A DNA stretch of 55,645 bases, filler included, from Circinaria calcarea (Eukaryota): NCBI GenBank assembly GCA_051942165.1. It is 5 parts of 5 records of this genome, joined end to end, with 100 filler letters (N's around TTAATTAATTAA, not from the genome) between each part and the next. Parts side by side here need not be neighbours in the genome. Positions count along the whole stretch, not along the records: positions 33,462 to 44,504 come from JAVECS010000722.1; positions 44,605 to 55,645 come from JAVECS010000723.1; 3 more parts are not named here. One strand, 5' to 3'. Numbering within the stretch: the stretch's first letter is position 1; the number at the start of each line of letters is the position of its first letter. The notes beneath the pieces were generated by a model. That model made no database searches. It was not told the DNA's origin and was given only the letters and a program-made list of their open reading frames with translations. The position numbers and the translations under genes are program-made. Below are positions 37,749-50,831 of the stretch, in pieces.

Positions 37749-39090
37749 GCCTTGACGGGCACGAAGCCTGCCCACACCCACACAGCGCCGTTGTCTCCGT
37801 TGCCCACTTCACTATTATCACTACTCGATCCTAGTAGATCGCCGTTTCGCCAATCTGCGCTTTATACCCGAAATCGCACTCTTTCTCGACGATGCCAAAG
37901 CCTGATCTCGATAGAGACGAACGAGGTGAGATGTGACCGAGCTCTGTAAATGAGGAAACTCCCCGGTGATGTAGAGGTCGAGCAAGAGGCGGGAGTAGGG
38001 GCGCTGATCAGGGATGATTGTAGATGATTGGGTGGGGGGAGGTCCTTGAGGGCGCACTTGCAATGCGACGCCAAAGAGCCCGTCTGCTGGGGAGAATGTT
38101 GACTGGCTGAGTTCTGAGCGAAGATCTGAAGACTCGTTGCGGATCCGACTGCAAGCATCAAATGTCCAGCTGGGGCTTTCACAATCGATGGGTCGTCTCC
38201 AGAAGAAAAAGTATGAACGGGAGTGTCTGGGGTCGGGCACTTTAGCCGATTGCGGCAGAGAGAATACAAGGACTTCAGATGCGTGAACGTGACAGGACAA
38301 TAGTCAAGGTCATGAGTTGCCGTCGCAGACTAGATCCAGCCAGAGGATTGTCGACCACCAATCTGGACGCTGGACGGCGAGTGTACGAGTGACAGCGCAA
38401 AGGACTAGAGGGCACGGTGGCAAGTGGAGGAGGCAAAGAGCAGGTTGGATACAGGGCCAGGACGGCGAGGAGAGGAATTTGCCTGTGTTCGTTCATGGAC
38501 TTGTCAGGGTGTCAGGGTGGCTGGTATGAGAAGTGAGGGTTGAAAGGCGAGGCTTGATCGGAGCCAGGATTGGGTCCGTCCGAAGTCCGCTACGACCGAT
38601 CAGGCAAGACGTCGAAATTAGTGGTGGAGTCCGGGGTGCCTCGGAGCGTTGGCGATGTTATGGAAAGCAAGGCAGCGAGCATCTTGGAGTGACAGTGCTC
38701 TGTACATACCTGCGCATCTCTCAACGCGCCACCCTCATCACCAAAGCAGTATCTACCAGTACCCTCTCTATCGTTACAGCAGGTGTTGAGTACGGGTAGT
38801 GAACCTCTTCAAGGACCGTCAGACCGACCTCTCCTCCGACAGCCTTGGCACCTAGTCAAACTCGGAACTGTCCTACCCTCTCCACTACCTACAAAGTTGC
38901 AGGCATATTCCACTCGAGCCTGTGTTCACATTCGATGTGAACAACTTGAAAAAATTATCTATAAACTATTGCTGGGATTACTGAGCCCATTACGGCCCTG
39001 GCAGTTAGATAGTGCGCAGGATAAAGGTGTTTCGTCGAGGATCATCAACACTCCGCGGCCTAGTTTTCTGAGATATCGGCTTCATTCAGC

Positions 39091-42022
39091 ATGGAGAACT
39101 ACTCGAGAAACCCTGTGAGCTCACAAATGTGCACCCCGCCCTGTCCTGCATCGACCATGGAAGCCATGTACAAAATGGACGAGGGTTACTCTGAGAGCCA
39201 AGATGGTGGGGACTCGCATATGAGCATGGAAGCAAGAGCCAGCGAGATTTTGGGGATGCCGATGGGCTCGTTGGCGGGATTGCCAGATGCCATTTCGGCC
39301 TTGAGCGAGGCTGAGCGGAGTGGTAAGATTCCAAGGCGTTGAGCCTGAGGGAACGCTGCGGCCCCATTCTAATCTTCAACCATTAGAATATGTGTACAAT
39401 GTTATACGCACACTACGCACATCGTCAATAGCCGCCATTGTCGAACGATTGCGACCATTCCTCCATATCGACCCTGTGGCTGTGCTACCACCCGAAATAA
39501 CGGCGGAAATATTCTCATATCTTCCTCCCCCGATGCTCTTGGAAGCTTCGAAAGCGTCCCGGCGTTGGCGCGAGCGAATAATGGACAGTCGCCTTTGGAA
39601 GCAGAAATTCACTGCAGAAGGGTGGAGCCTGGATATGAGGGAAGTAAGTCGCTGGGAACAGGAGTGCCAGAACAAGTCTCGTGGGATACCTCGAAAGGCA
39701 AGATCTCGCAGGGCGGAAGCACATTCACAGCAGAGAAAGCAGAAAAGGCGTGCGCCAAACCATGAGAATCTCGACGCCGACGTCACTACTTCTCCCCACG
39801 ATTCACATACTAAAGCTCAACAGCAAAGTGATACTCAATCATGGAACGATCAAGGCGGACTAGTGGAGGCCGATACAGAAGAGGATACCTTGATGGAAGA
39901 CTCTATGTATGACTATGACATGCATGATGCCCCAACATTCTCGCGCATGGATACGAGAAGCTCCCTTTCATCAAACAATGCACATGCTCCAGGTGCTGCC
40001 AGCATCCCATCTCCAGGCAGCGCCGTCATTGGAGGTCCGACCGTGGCAACCGACAGCTCAATCCAAGAAGCGCCACTCGTTCTTGCCGGTATGTACGGGG
40101 CACCCAGATTAAACTTTCACCAAGTGTACAAGCAGAAGAGAAAGCTGGAGGAGAATTGGAATCTTGGAAAATTCAAGCCATTTCAGTTACCTCATCGGGA
40201 TCACCCTGAGGAAGCTCATAAAGAGTGTGTATACACTATCCAGTATTCTGGGAAATATCTGGTCAGCGGGAGCAGAGACCGGACGCTGCGCATTTGGGAC
40301 TTGGAAACTCAGCGACTTGTTGGAAAACCATTGACTGGCCACACAGGATCGGTTCTTTGCTTACAATTTGACGAGAGTGAGAAAGAAGATATTATTGTAT
40401 CCGGCAGCAGTGATACAGACGTCATTCTATGGAAATTCTCGACGGGAAAAATGATAAAGAAGTTGCCCCGTGCTCACAAGGAATCCGTTTTGAACTTGAA
40501 GTTCGACGAACGCTTCTTGGTAACTTGCTCCAAGGACAAAACGATTAAGATATGGAATCGTCACGAGTTACGACCAGGTGACAAGGACTACCCTATTCGG
40601 AACATCCGTGGTGGAGGCAAATGTCCCTCATACATCGTCGATTTAGCCAGCAGGGCAACCCCACTGAAGAGGGAGCACAACCTTAGCACGACCCCAAACG
40701 AACTCCTAGAGAAGTATACTTTAATCATGACTATTGATACTCATGGTGCTGCTGTCAACGCCATCCACATATACAAAGACCAACTAGTATCCGCTTCCGG
40801 GGATCGATCTCTCAAGGTCTTTAACATTCATTCGGGTGTTTGCACCGCCAATTGTCAAGGACATACAAAAGGCATCGCTTGCGTACAGTATGATGGCAAG
40901 AGAATAGTCAGCGGTAGCAGTGATAACACCATCAGAATCTATGATCCTATTACTCAGGTTGAAGTAGCGTGCCTTCAAGGCCACGCTCACCTTGTGCGTA
41001 CCATCCAGGCCGCATTCGGCGATGCTCCAGGTAGTCGGGACGAGTTAGAAGAGGAGGCCCGTACGGTGGATCGCCAATATTTTGAGGCTCGATGTTCAGG
41101 TACCATACCATCAAGCTCTACGGGGGCGCGTCGGACGAGAGAACGTAACGCTGGATCGAGGGACCCCAAAAGCATCATGGCTTACGGTGCCAAGCTCCCA
41201 CCAGGTGGTGGTGGTAGTCGGTGGGGTCGAATTGTTTCGGGGTCGTACGATGAGACTGTCATCATTTGGAAGAAAGCACCAGATGGCAGTTGGGTTATGG
41301 GCCATAGACTAAGGCAAGGGGAAGCACTTCGAGCAGCAGGCGGACCCCTTATAGCTCATTCCGAACTCCAACGTCAAGCACAGCTGCAGGCTATAAACCA
41401 GCAACAGAACACCAATGGTCATGGCCCGTCAAATAATCCGCCGCACGGTCAAACTCCTCAAGCGAGTGGGCCGGCTAATAACCAAGGACAGGCTCCGGCT
41501 TCTGCACAGCAAATTATACACCAAGCCCTGCAGACAGGAGCTGCGGCCCTACAGACAGGGATGGAAAACATTGCAGCGAACCATCTGCCCTTTTCCGCTC
41601 CTCCGATTCATCCACTACCTCCCCACCTTGCGCAACAATACATGCAAATGCAGCAACACCAGCTCATGATTCATCAACATCAATTACAGCGCCAGCAGGC
41701 TCAGCAGCAAGCGCAGCAGGTCGCACAGCAGGTCGCGCAGCAAATGGCGCAGCAAGCAGCCCAGCAGCCATCTCAGCAGCAAGCTGCAGGCCCCAGCACA
41801 GCGCAACTTCTCCCTTACCCCGCGAATTGGGGCCGAAACTCGACTGATGTCCTTCCTGCGGCGACACCTGTGGCACAACCGAATGCAAGGGTCTTCAAGC
41901 TGCAATTCGATGCCAGGAGGATAATATGCTGCTCGCAGGATCCGAAGATTGTGGGCTGGGACTTTGCGAATGGGGACGAGGATATTATGGAGTGTTCTAG
42001 GTTCTTTGGGGTACCGACGTGA
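39091..42022 (+). CDS. fwd-1: F-box/WD40 SCF substrate adaptor, beta-TrCP/FWD-1-like, 2 exons
   Basis: N-terminal KMDEGYSE motif, intron 39323-39386, F-box LPPEITAEIFSYL, WD repeats (HKECVYTIQY..LVSGSRDRTLRIWD, GHTGSVLCLQFD, GHTKGIACVQYD) and terminal ARVFKLQFDARRIICCSQ. Confidence 0.88.
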
Positions 42023-42845
42023 GTGGGGATATGCATGGCTCAGTCCAGGTGGCGGTGGCCTCCTTTTTTTCTCAACCTGGTATCACTCGGGAAACACCTG
42101 GTGTAGCCAAAGCAGCATAAATGATTGTGCATTGCTAGTAAGCTTTCTTTGGCGTATAGGCTGAAAGAATCGTATCATGAATAGTACCAGCCTACTTTCC
42201 AATAGCCTTACGATGTATCTGGTTGGTCACACCATCCCACTGACTCTTTTACCGGCCTTCTCATTCAAATCCAAACGGTAGCAACCAACTCCGTGACTTT
42301 TTCCGCCGTGGACAATGAATACGGGATATCCGATAAGCACTATGACATCCATTCTGCCTCTATGGTGGATGACGATGGCTACAAGGGGGTATTGAATGCT
42401 AAAAACCGTGTGGGGATTTTTGGAGAAGAACAAGGAGTTTGTTTAATTCCGTACAATCTGTCCATGCCAGTTTTCGCTAAGGGGTCGGGAGACCTTTTTG
42501 GTCGTACTGTAGATGTTGCTGGGAGCGTTGGGGTTTCGTAGAGACGTGGTGGAGTGGCGGAGAATCTCGAGGGCTGGGAAGGAAGTTCGGTGGGTAAAGA
42601 AATCATATCATTATTATTAGGAAGTTTGACACTCAAAGTATCCCTACATTACGGGAATACTCAGGCATCACAAACCTCGGGCCGAGAATTTTTGCGTGGG
42701 TGGAACTCGATTGGTAGGGCTGGCTACTTGTCTACGTCATTTCTGGTCGTCGAAGATAGAACTAAATACTCCGTAGTGGTCCAACATCCCACGACTCGCA
42801 AAGGGGAGGCGATCCTTAAATCAACCGATTCTCCTCGTCACCTAT

Positions 42846-44504
42846 ATGCCCGGTATCGCATCCAGATCTTATTCTATCTACTCCCGCTGTCTGCATAGAC
42901 AGCCACAGCATCTCATCCGTCGAAATGGATCTAGAACATTCAGCGTATCCCCGGCATTGGCCCAATCACCCTTGGACCACGAGATTAGACATAGTGAGAC
43001 TCGCTTCCAAACAGAGGAAGAGAAAGATAAGGGGGCAATGTCACGGCGGCTGGAGGACATGATTGATAGGACCATTGAAGAGGGCGGCCAAACTGCAGAA
43101 AAGGTCGTGGAGGAAGCCGGCTTTTCCGAGGAACTCAAGAGGACCCTTGAATCCAGGATAGCAGATAGCAAATTCAGGAACGAGAATCCTACGGCTTTTG
43201 CCCAGCTTAACATGCCGGTATGTTGAGGGTGGCGGACTGTCTACACAGGTCGCTAATACAACTTTCTAGCCAAGTGCTGGAAAAGGGACTCGGGACGTTG
43301 CGGCTGCTCAACCCTGGAGTGGGACAGAGTCAATAGAAGATGCCGCTCTCCGGATGCTGAATGATGCACACAAACCACTACGTGGCACTGGACCTCCAAA
43401 GATACCAACCCCGCGGGGTCCGCCACCTAGTGTCGACATGCGGATGAAGAAAGCATTGCAAAAGTCTCGGGGCGAGCGGTTAGCCAGCGCTCGCGACAGA
43501 AAATCAATCTATGCTTTAAGTCAAGATCCAAATATGACCGAGAAGGAAAGGGAGCAGATGCGAAAGCAGTTAAAGGAGCGGTTCACTTCCGGGGCTCGCC
43601 CTATGCCTGGATCTGTCCAAGGTCTAGCAGCTCTTGCGAATGAACGGATCGAAGATGCAATAGCAAGAGGTTTATTTAAAAACATACCCAGGGGCAAAGG
43701 CAAGAATATCGAGCGAGACTATACCGCTAGTAGTCCTTTCTTAGATACCACGGAATATTTCATGAACAAGATTATCCAAAAGCAAGAGATTGTGCCCCCG
43801 TGGATAGATAAGCAGCAGGAGCTCGTTAAGGCCGCGACATCTTTCAGAGGTAGACTAAGGGCTGATTGGAAACGGCATGCAGCTAGAGTCATTGCCAGCA
43901 AAGGTGGTCCGCTGGATATGCAGGTGAGACGGGCTAAAGCATATGCTGCAGCAGAGGCAGCGAACAACCCGAAGGCACCCAAGATCGAATCGTTGAATGA
44001 AGTTGACGGAGAAGGAAAGGCAGCAGAACCATCGACCACCGAGACCGTTACAGGTTCGGACGAATCGCAAGATTCCGTTATTACAATCATGGAGGCTTTA
44101 CCCGGTAATACTAATGCTGTGGAGGCTGGTGGACCTGCATCTACTTCTCCTCTTAAAATTCTCCGAGAGACCTCCGAGGTTACAAACAGTACCGAATCAG
44201 AGACGGCTCCGTCGAGCGAGAAACCCCTCTTACAAGTCTTCCCATTCCGCGACTCTGCCTGGGAAGCTCTCGAGCATGCCTACCATACCTTGGCAATCAC
44301 AAATCTCAACAACCTCACTCGCTCGTACAACCTCATGGCCCCAGACCTTGCCAAGAAGCCTTACTTCAATCTAGAGCGAGAATTACGATCTTGTTTCGCA
44401 GAAGTGGCACCGCAGCTTCCAGCTGAAATCCAGGCTAGAGCACGAGCTCCCACTAAGATTAAAACAGAAGTAGTTGGTCATCGACCAGGAGGTGTTCTAG
44501 AACG
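42846..44504 (+). CDS. DUF1992 (DnaJC28-like conserved domain) protein with a probable mitochondrial presequence; 3' truncated
   Basis: Arg/Ser-rich N terminus, intron 43218-43269, and LANERIEDAIARGLFKNIPRGKG...FLDTTEYFMNKIIQKQEIVPPWIDKQQEL. Confidence 0.8.
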
Positions 44505-44604
44505 NNNNNNNNNNNNNNNNNNNNNNNNNNNNNNNNNNNNNNNNNNNNTTAATTAATTAANNNNNNNNNNNNNNNNNNNNNNNNNNNNNNNNNNNNNNNN
44601 NNNN
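44505..44604. other. Artificial contig spacer 4
   Basis: N44-TTAATTAATTAA-N44. Confidence 0.99.
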
Positions 44605-45489
44605 GAGTTCTTCATACATAACCATGTTCGGGGCTGCTCATACTTCTTCTCGTATCCTGCCGCATGCGCCTTTTTGGAGAAAAACAACCTGCTTTCCGTT
44701 ATTCGAGCCCACGAAGCCCAAGATGCAGGATATCGTATGTACAGAAAGACAAGGACTACAGGATTTCCGAGTGTCATGACCATCTTTAGCGCCCCTAACT
44801 ATCTTGACGTTTACAACAACAAAGCGGCGGTGCTCAAATACGAAAACAACGTAATGAACATCCGGCAATTCAACTGCACGCCTCACCCATACTGGCTTCC
44901 AAACTTCATGGACGTCTTTACCTGGTCGTTACCTTTCGTGGGGGAGAAGATCACGGACATGCTTATTGCGATACTCAACACATGCTCCAAGGAAGAACTG
45001 GAAGACGAGACGCCGTTGTCTTCGGCGCCGTCTTCGCCCCCATTGGCAAATATGGATCCTGATTCGCCCGAGTTCAAGCGACGGGCGATCAAGAATAAGA
45101 TTCTCGCGATTGGAAGACTTTCACGTGTGTTTCAAGTCTTGCGAGAGGAGTCCGAAAGGGTTACCGAGTTGAAGACAGCATCAGGAGGTCGCCTTCCCGC
45201 GGGAACTCTAATGCTCGGCGCGGAAGGCATCAAGCAAGCGATTCACAACTTCGAAGACGCTCGAAAGGTTGATATCCAGAACGAAAGGCTCCCGCCCTCG
45301 CACGAGGAGGTATCGAGGAAAAGCGAGGAGGACAGGAAGCAAGCCTTTCAACGGGCGAGCTTCGAGGCCGAGCATGATAGTAGCCTGGCGCAGGTCGCGC
45401 GAAGAATTAGCATGTAAGCCGACTTATCCAGAGTTACACTGGCAGGCCTTTCTAACAAATGCAGGTCCTCGGGGTCCCGGAAGAAGTAG
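44605..45489 (+). CDS. CNA1: Calcineurin (PP2B) catalytic subunit A, 3' part; 5' truncated
   Basis: [39 protein letters not shown], the CnB-binding [20 protein letters not shown], the calmodulin-binding [21 protein letters not shown] and the autoinhibitory [16 protein letters not shown]. Terminal intron 45414-45464. Confidence 0.97.
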
Positions 45490-45903
45490 GTGGAACTTTT
45501 CGAGTACAGTACGAGGATCTAAAGTCACCGGTCGAAGAGAATTGTCAGGTAATTATCACGAAACCTGTTCTCATGAATGAGAGTGGTATGGATGTGCCAT
45601 ATGACGAATGGTTGTACGCACGGTTAACCCAGCGTGATTGTCTGAAGCTGTCTAGAGAAACTGGGAAGGGTTCCATAAATAGGCAGCATCTTAGGGCTTA
45701 GGGAGTTGAAGTAGCCACGTCCGTTTCGAAAAAGGTTCAAAGGCCTTCGCAGACTGCAAAGTTTCCTTGACCTTTGTGGCGATATAGTAGTGCTAAGTCG
45801 TAGGGTATAAACTACATATTCGCGTGGCTCACATGCAGTACATCGCCTACGGGGCTAGTGAGCAACTTGGATTCAGGCGCATTCCCCTTCACTAATCTAC
45901 CTG

Positions 45904-47959
45904 ATGCCTTTACCAGTATCAACAAGGCTCTTGATTCCGTCCAATTACGCCAGTTCTGCAACTTTTATTTGCCCATCATGTCGCATCCGCAGCTATTTTC
46001 TACGATTCCACAATCGGCCGGCCGCACGGAGGCTGCAGAATCGTCAAAAGCGGCACGCGTCTTCAGTATCACCTGTTACTGTAATCAATGCTTCCAAGCA
46101 AATACCAGCACCATACCGAGAGCTGTATGATCGACTGAGTGCTCTCAGAACCCGGGCTGCGACCTATGTGAATCTCAGCAAGCTTCAACTTGCCCTTAAG
46201 AGCCTCGAGTCTGAGAACGCGGTGATCCGTATAGCTGGTACATAGTCATACGCTGCACGCAATGCTCTTTGGTCATTAACCGACGATGCAGTCATTAGTC
46301 TCAGTGGCAGCCACAGCGCTCACAGGCTTGTGCGCACTTTACTAGCGGATCCTCTGTCTCCGGAATCACCCTGGGAGAGCCAATTGGCCAGTAAGACAGA
46401 TGAAGACGGTCGAGGCCTGCTCATCAGGTAAGTCGTTCCTAATAAGCTAGGATAAGAGTGTTTATCAATATAGGTACGGCGAAGCTCACCAGTATGACTC
46501 GCGCCATCCTCTGCTCCGCATCCTTTCAATCCCGTCTACAATGCTCAATCGACACAATGTCGAGATACTGATATACAATGCACTGGATGGAAGCGATGGC
46601 ATGGCGTCTAGTAGTGAGGGTCAGGATCTCCTTGTTCCAGCATTAGAGACCCTTGCCTCAGCCTCTGGACGCGTTACAACGGTCACCTACCCGGTGCATA
46701 AAGCTTTGATTTATGGGGAGGGTGTACCAGGGCTGCTGGCATGTTCGCAGGTGATCAATGCAGCCGGGGTTGGGCAATACACTAATGCAATATTGGGTGT
46801 TGTCAATGTGGGCTGGCATATTCAAGGGCAGGAACTGAGCCTTGCTATGGCGTTCGCCAACCTTGATCAAGCGGAGGGTGCAATTGCCCAGATCCGTCAG
46901 ACAGTTGAAAACTCAACCGACTACGAGCACAATTGGTTAGAAAGTAACATGTCTGCAGTAAGTGATTGGATCAGGGAAGGAACTGAATCATTGGCCTCGG
47001 GTGTCAAACCCGCCAATACACACCTTATCCAAATCATTTTAGAGAACACTGAGAGAGCCGTCGTCATTGAAGAGGCCCAGAGGCTTCGACAACTCAGTAT
47101 CGAGACAGTTCCAGACTCTGTCAGGTATGATTTGGACGAAAGCATAACCAGCTGGGCAGAAAACGCACACACTGAACTCCGAGAAAGCCTACACAACGCC
47201 TTTCACGGCAAGAATTGGGGAAAGCTGACATGGTGGAAGCTGCTCTGGCGGGTCGATGATGTTGGTATGCTCTCTTCAGAAGTCCTTCAGCGTTCTTGGC
47301 TTGTGGAGGCCGAGAAAGAAATCATCTGGATTGGGGGACGGATTCAACAAGCTGGCTTTCTTGATTCCAACCAACGCAGTTCTAATTCGCCTAATAAGAA
47401 AAACGAGAGAGAGAGTAAACCAACCTTCGGCCAAGAGCCCCCTTCGCCACGTCTTGCCGATATGATCGACCAACCTCCCGTCTCTTCCGAGCTCATTTTC
47501 TTCAATCCCTCAAACCCTCGTCCTCAACAAATCTCCCTCGCCCGCCAATCGCTTTCCACAGTAACCGTCCCTCCACTCCAAGCACTCTCTCAGCGCCTCC
47601 TCCTTCAAACTCTTTCCACCACAGCTGCGACAACTGCTCTCTCTTGTCTTGTCTACTTTTCTCTATCCACCACCTCCATCTACGAAGCTGGAGCAATTGC
47701 AGCGTTCGGACTCGTCTACAGCTTACGTAGGTTACAGCGTAGATGGGAGGATGCAAAGGAGGTCTGGATGGGTTCCGTACGGGAAGAAGGAAGGAGACTG
47801 TTGAAGACGATAGAGAATACGTTTCGGAGAGTTGTGCGAGAGGGAGGAAAACCGAAGGTGGACGAGGCAGGGTTGGAGGAGAGAAGGTTGGCGAGGGAGG
47901 CTGTTGAAGATGTCAGAAGGGCTCTGGGCAATGTGGCGAAGATGGGGAAGGAGAGTTGA
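45904..47959 (+). CDS. Conserved fungal membrane protein, probably mitochondrial (Mmc1-like), 3 exons
   Basis: Presequence-like N terminus with FICPSC. Introns 46238-46291 and 46428-46473 keep the frame. Motifs RTLLADPL and WGKLTWWKLLWRVDDV, then two C-terminal hydrophobic segments before SLRRLQRRWE. Confidence 0.75.
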
Positions 47960-48640
47960 GATTATCTAATTTGTACTTCTCGCGTGGTATGTGACATATC
48001 AATCATGGCGCAAGCCCCGAAGGAAGGAGATGGAGAGCCTGGTTTATCCAGTTAGTCTTAACATCCCACAAGTCTTCCGAATAAGGTAGTCCAGTTTCTA
48101 CCATATAACCCCTATCAAGAAACCGTAGCAGGCTGGGGGCTTCCGAAGCATGGACGTAGCTATGCCATATACTTTTCTTACGTCCCGTCCATGTACTAAC
48201 TACTTTTGTACACTGCTCCGTTCTTCCATATATATAATATACCCCAGGGATATCGGACTTTTCCGTAGCAGTGGTGCAGTGAATTTAGGGCTCGTTTTAA
48301 GCGACGGAATAGATGTGAAGGCCCTTCCCTTAGCGTCCTAAGTACTACTACTCCTTTGGCTCCATAGACATGGCTCCATAGACACGTTTCGGACCCGAGA
48401 GGATTATTATCCCGATCTGCAAAGGCGGCGGATAGAGGATTGTATTTCTCACGAGGATCTTCTGACTGACGTCTTCGCGGCGGGTGGCCCTCGGCGATTT
48501 GGCAGCTAGATACCATAAACAGTGAATTTGATTCATAAGCGCAGCGAAGCACTCTCCTACAAGCGGATTCAAGGACGTGATTAATCAGATACTTGACTTG
48601 TAAAATCATCCTACCGCGAATACCAAAAAATCCCCGAAAC

Positions 48641-49378
48641 ATGCCAGGGCGCCAGCCGACAGCGGCAGACTTTCCCTCCTGCCTGACTCTCGCCATCATC
48701 CCACCGCCGGCCTCCCAAGTCCCCGTCAACGTGTTGATTCTCCTCCACGGCCTGGGCGATACCAACGTGTCGTTCAGCAACCTCGCTCGCCAGCTTCAAC
48801 TACCAGAGACGACATGTGTGTCGGTGCAAGCGTTGACACCGCTGCCCTTCGATCTGGGTGGCTTTCATTGGGGTGATGACATTATCTTCGATCAAGCTAC
48901 GGGCCAGATGGACTTGGATACCGGTTTCGAGAAAGCTACTAAAGTCGTCCGAGAGGAGATCATCCAGACAGCTCTGATTGAGAAATGTGGGTATCAGCCT
49001 AGGGAAATCCTACTATTCGGTTTCGGGCAGGGGGCAATGGCTGCATTGGCCGCTGCGCGCTCTATGAAAGACGAATTAGGTGGTATTGTTTCTATTGGTG
49101 GCCCAGCCCCGGCGTCTACTGTGGATGAGATGGCGAGTGCTCCTGCTAAGAATAGGACACCTGTCCTGGTCCTCGGTGGCTCTAGTAGTACTCTGATCAC
49201 GGCCGAAGCAATCGCCAAATTACGGAAGGTGTTTGAGTTCGTCGAATGTACCAAGTGGAAAAGGAATGGAGACGGCATGCCCCGGAGTCGGGAGGAGATG
49301 CTACCAGTCATGCAGTTCTTCTCGAGGCGGTTGAGAAGTCGCCGTGGCGTACCGGAGGGTAGCATTGAGCTCGGCTAG
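48641..49378 (+). CDS. Phospholipase/carboxylesterase (acyl-protein thioesterase-like) alpha/beta-hydrolase fold protein lacking the canonical catalytic Ser
   Basis: LILLHGLGD oxyanion motif is present, but GFGQG replaces GFSQG. Single exon. Confidence 0.85.
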   Translation: MPGRQPTAADFPSCLTLAIIPPPASQVPVNVLILLHGLGDTNVSFSNLARQLQLPETTCVSVQALTPLPFDLGGFHWGDDIIFDQATGQMDLDTGFEKATKVVREEIIQTALIEKCGYQPREILLFGFGQGAMAALAAARSMKDELGGIVSIGGPAPASTVDEMASAPAKNRTPVLVLGGSSSTLITAEAIAKLRKVFEFVECTKWKRNGDGMPRSREEMLPVMQFFSRRLRSRRGVPEGSIELG

Positions 49379-50831
49379 AGGGCAGATACGAAGAGGAATG
49401 TCACTCGCCAACCTTGGATGGAAGATATATCTCAATGCACCTTCAGTTGACCTTGGTTTACCGCCATGTGCATGCGCATCCCGGCACCATTTGACAGCCA
49501 ACGGCAGCCTTCCATACAGTATCGCATCCTTTCTACAGGCTATATCTAGACTTGCACATATCCCTAGGTGGTGCCCATTCGGAATTGTGGGTGTGGAAAT
49601 ATATCAATGAAAAACCCACCTGCCTGTCGGGAAACCTTTCATCCGATCCTCTGGGCCACCGGAATAACATTACGGATCCAAGAGAACCGAACGGTCTTAT
49701 ATGAGGCTGCCCTTGGCACACTCCTATTCCTCGGGGTGGCTAGCTCCAGACCTTTCATCGTTACAAGCAGGCCCTTATTCGTGAGAACGGTTAAGTTCCG
49801 CCACTGTTTAGATCCTGCTCAGTGTTTCCGAGAATTACCAAGTAGTCCGGTCAGTCCAGGAGCACATTCACGTATTGCCAGGCCCCCTCCGACCTTGAAA
49901 CCCAGCTTACGAGTCGTTGCTTTCCGTGGTTGCAAATCGAGGGCTTTTCTTCCCACTCTCTTAAGAGTTTCTTCTCAGCGGGAGAGCCTCATCTAGATGA
50001 CCTGTTGTGGGTGGCAGGCATAATTGAGTGTTAGCCTCGACGTCTTACTACCCCCCCTGTATACCTATTAAACCCCATATGAGAAAAAGGAGCTGTGATA
50101 ATGATGGTATCCTCCGGCTGCTATACCAGCTATAGATTTACAATATATCTGGGGATCTTGGCACCTTTTGCCAGAAAACCGCGCTTATATTGATCACGCC
50201 TGTCGACCTCCGCCCTACTTATTACGAGGTTCACTCAAACTCGATAGGTACAAAGTTAAGCAAAAATGGAGACTGATGCAAGGTGGAGTAACCGCTTAGG
50301 TAGAATGCCATGCGTGTGGTTGGCCAATCTGCCAGTCTCAAATTTAAGAAAAGCTTGGAAAGCTTTTATCCGTGCATACTCCGTACCATATATTGTGCGA
50401 TCGGTCGGTTACCGTCAATTGGATAAATTATTCGTCACAACAACATCGTACCTACGGAATCAGATGGACTTCGAAGCATGTCGCTGCTAACAGGACACCA
50501 TGGAGGCGCTTCTGGATCTCTGGAATATCTGCTCAGCCATGGAGCGATTCATCAGTCAGCGTCAGCTTGCATGATGGGACTTTCGTTGATCATGCCCGGG
50601 AATCAATTGATCCAAGGTACGAGGCGGGGTGGAGTGGTGGATATGAATGGAGGGGTGACACAGAAGCAGTCAGCGGATGGTATAAGAATCCCCATGCCTG
50701 CCAGCAACTCTCTTTTCTTTTTCTTCACAAGGACCAATACCAACTGCTGTAACAATCTCATGGAAATCTCTCGAACTCCTTCCATCAGCACAACCGGTTG
50801 ATATCAACTCTTCATCATCAATACCGTCAAC

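Noticed and set aside
42227..42636. Small minus-strand gene between the F-box/WD40 and DUF1992 genes
   Set aside because: The fragments could not be joined into a stop-free spliced model and no family motif was recognised.
49400..50800. Short ORFs between the hydrolase-fold gene and cipC, and similar shadow ORFs across the window
   Set aside because: They have no motifs or splice support. Most other ORF-track entries are antisense or alternate-frame shadows of the genes listed.
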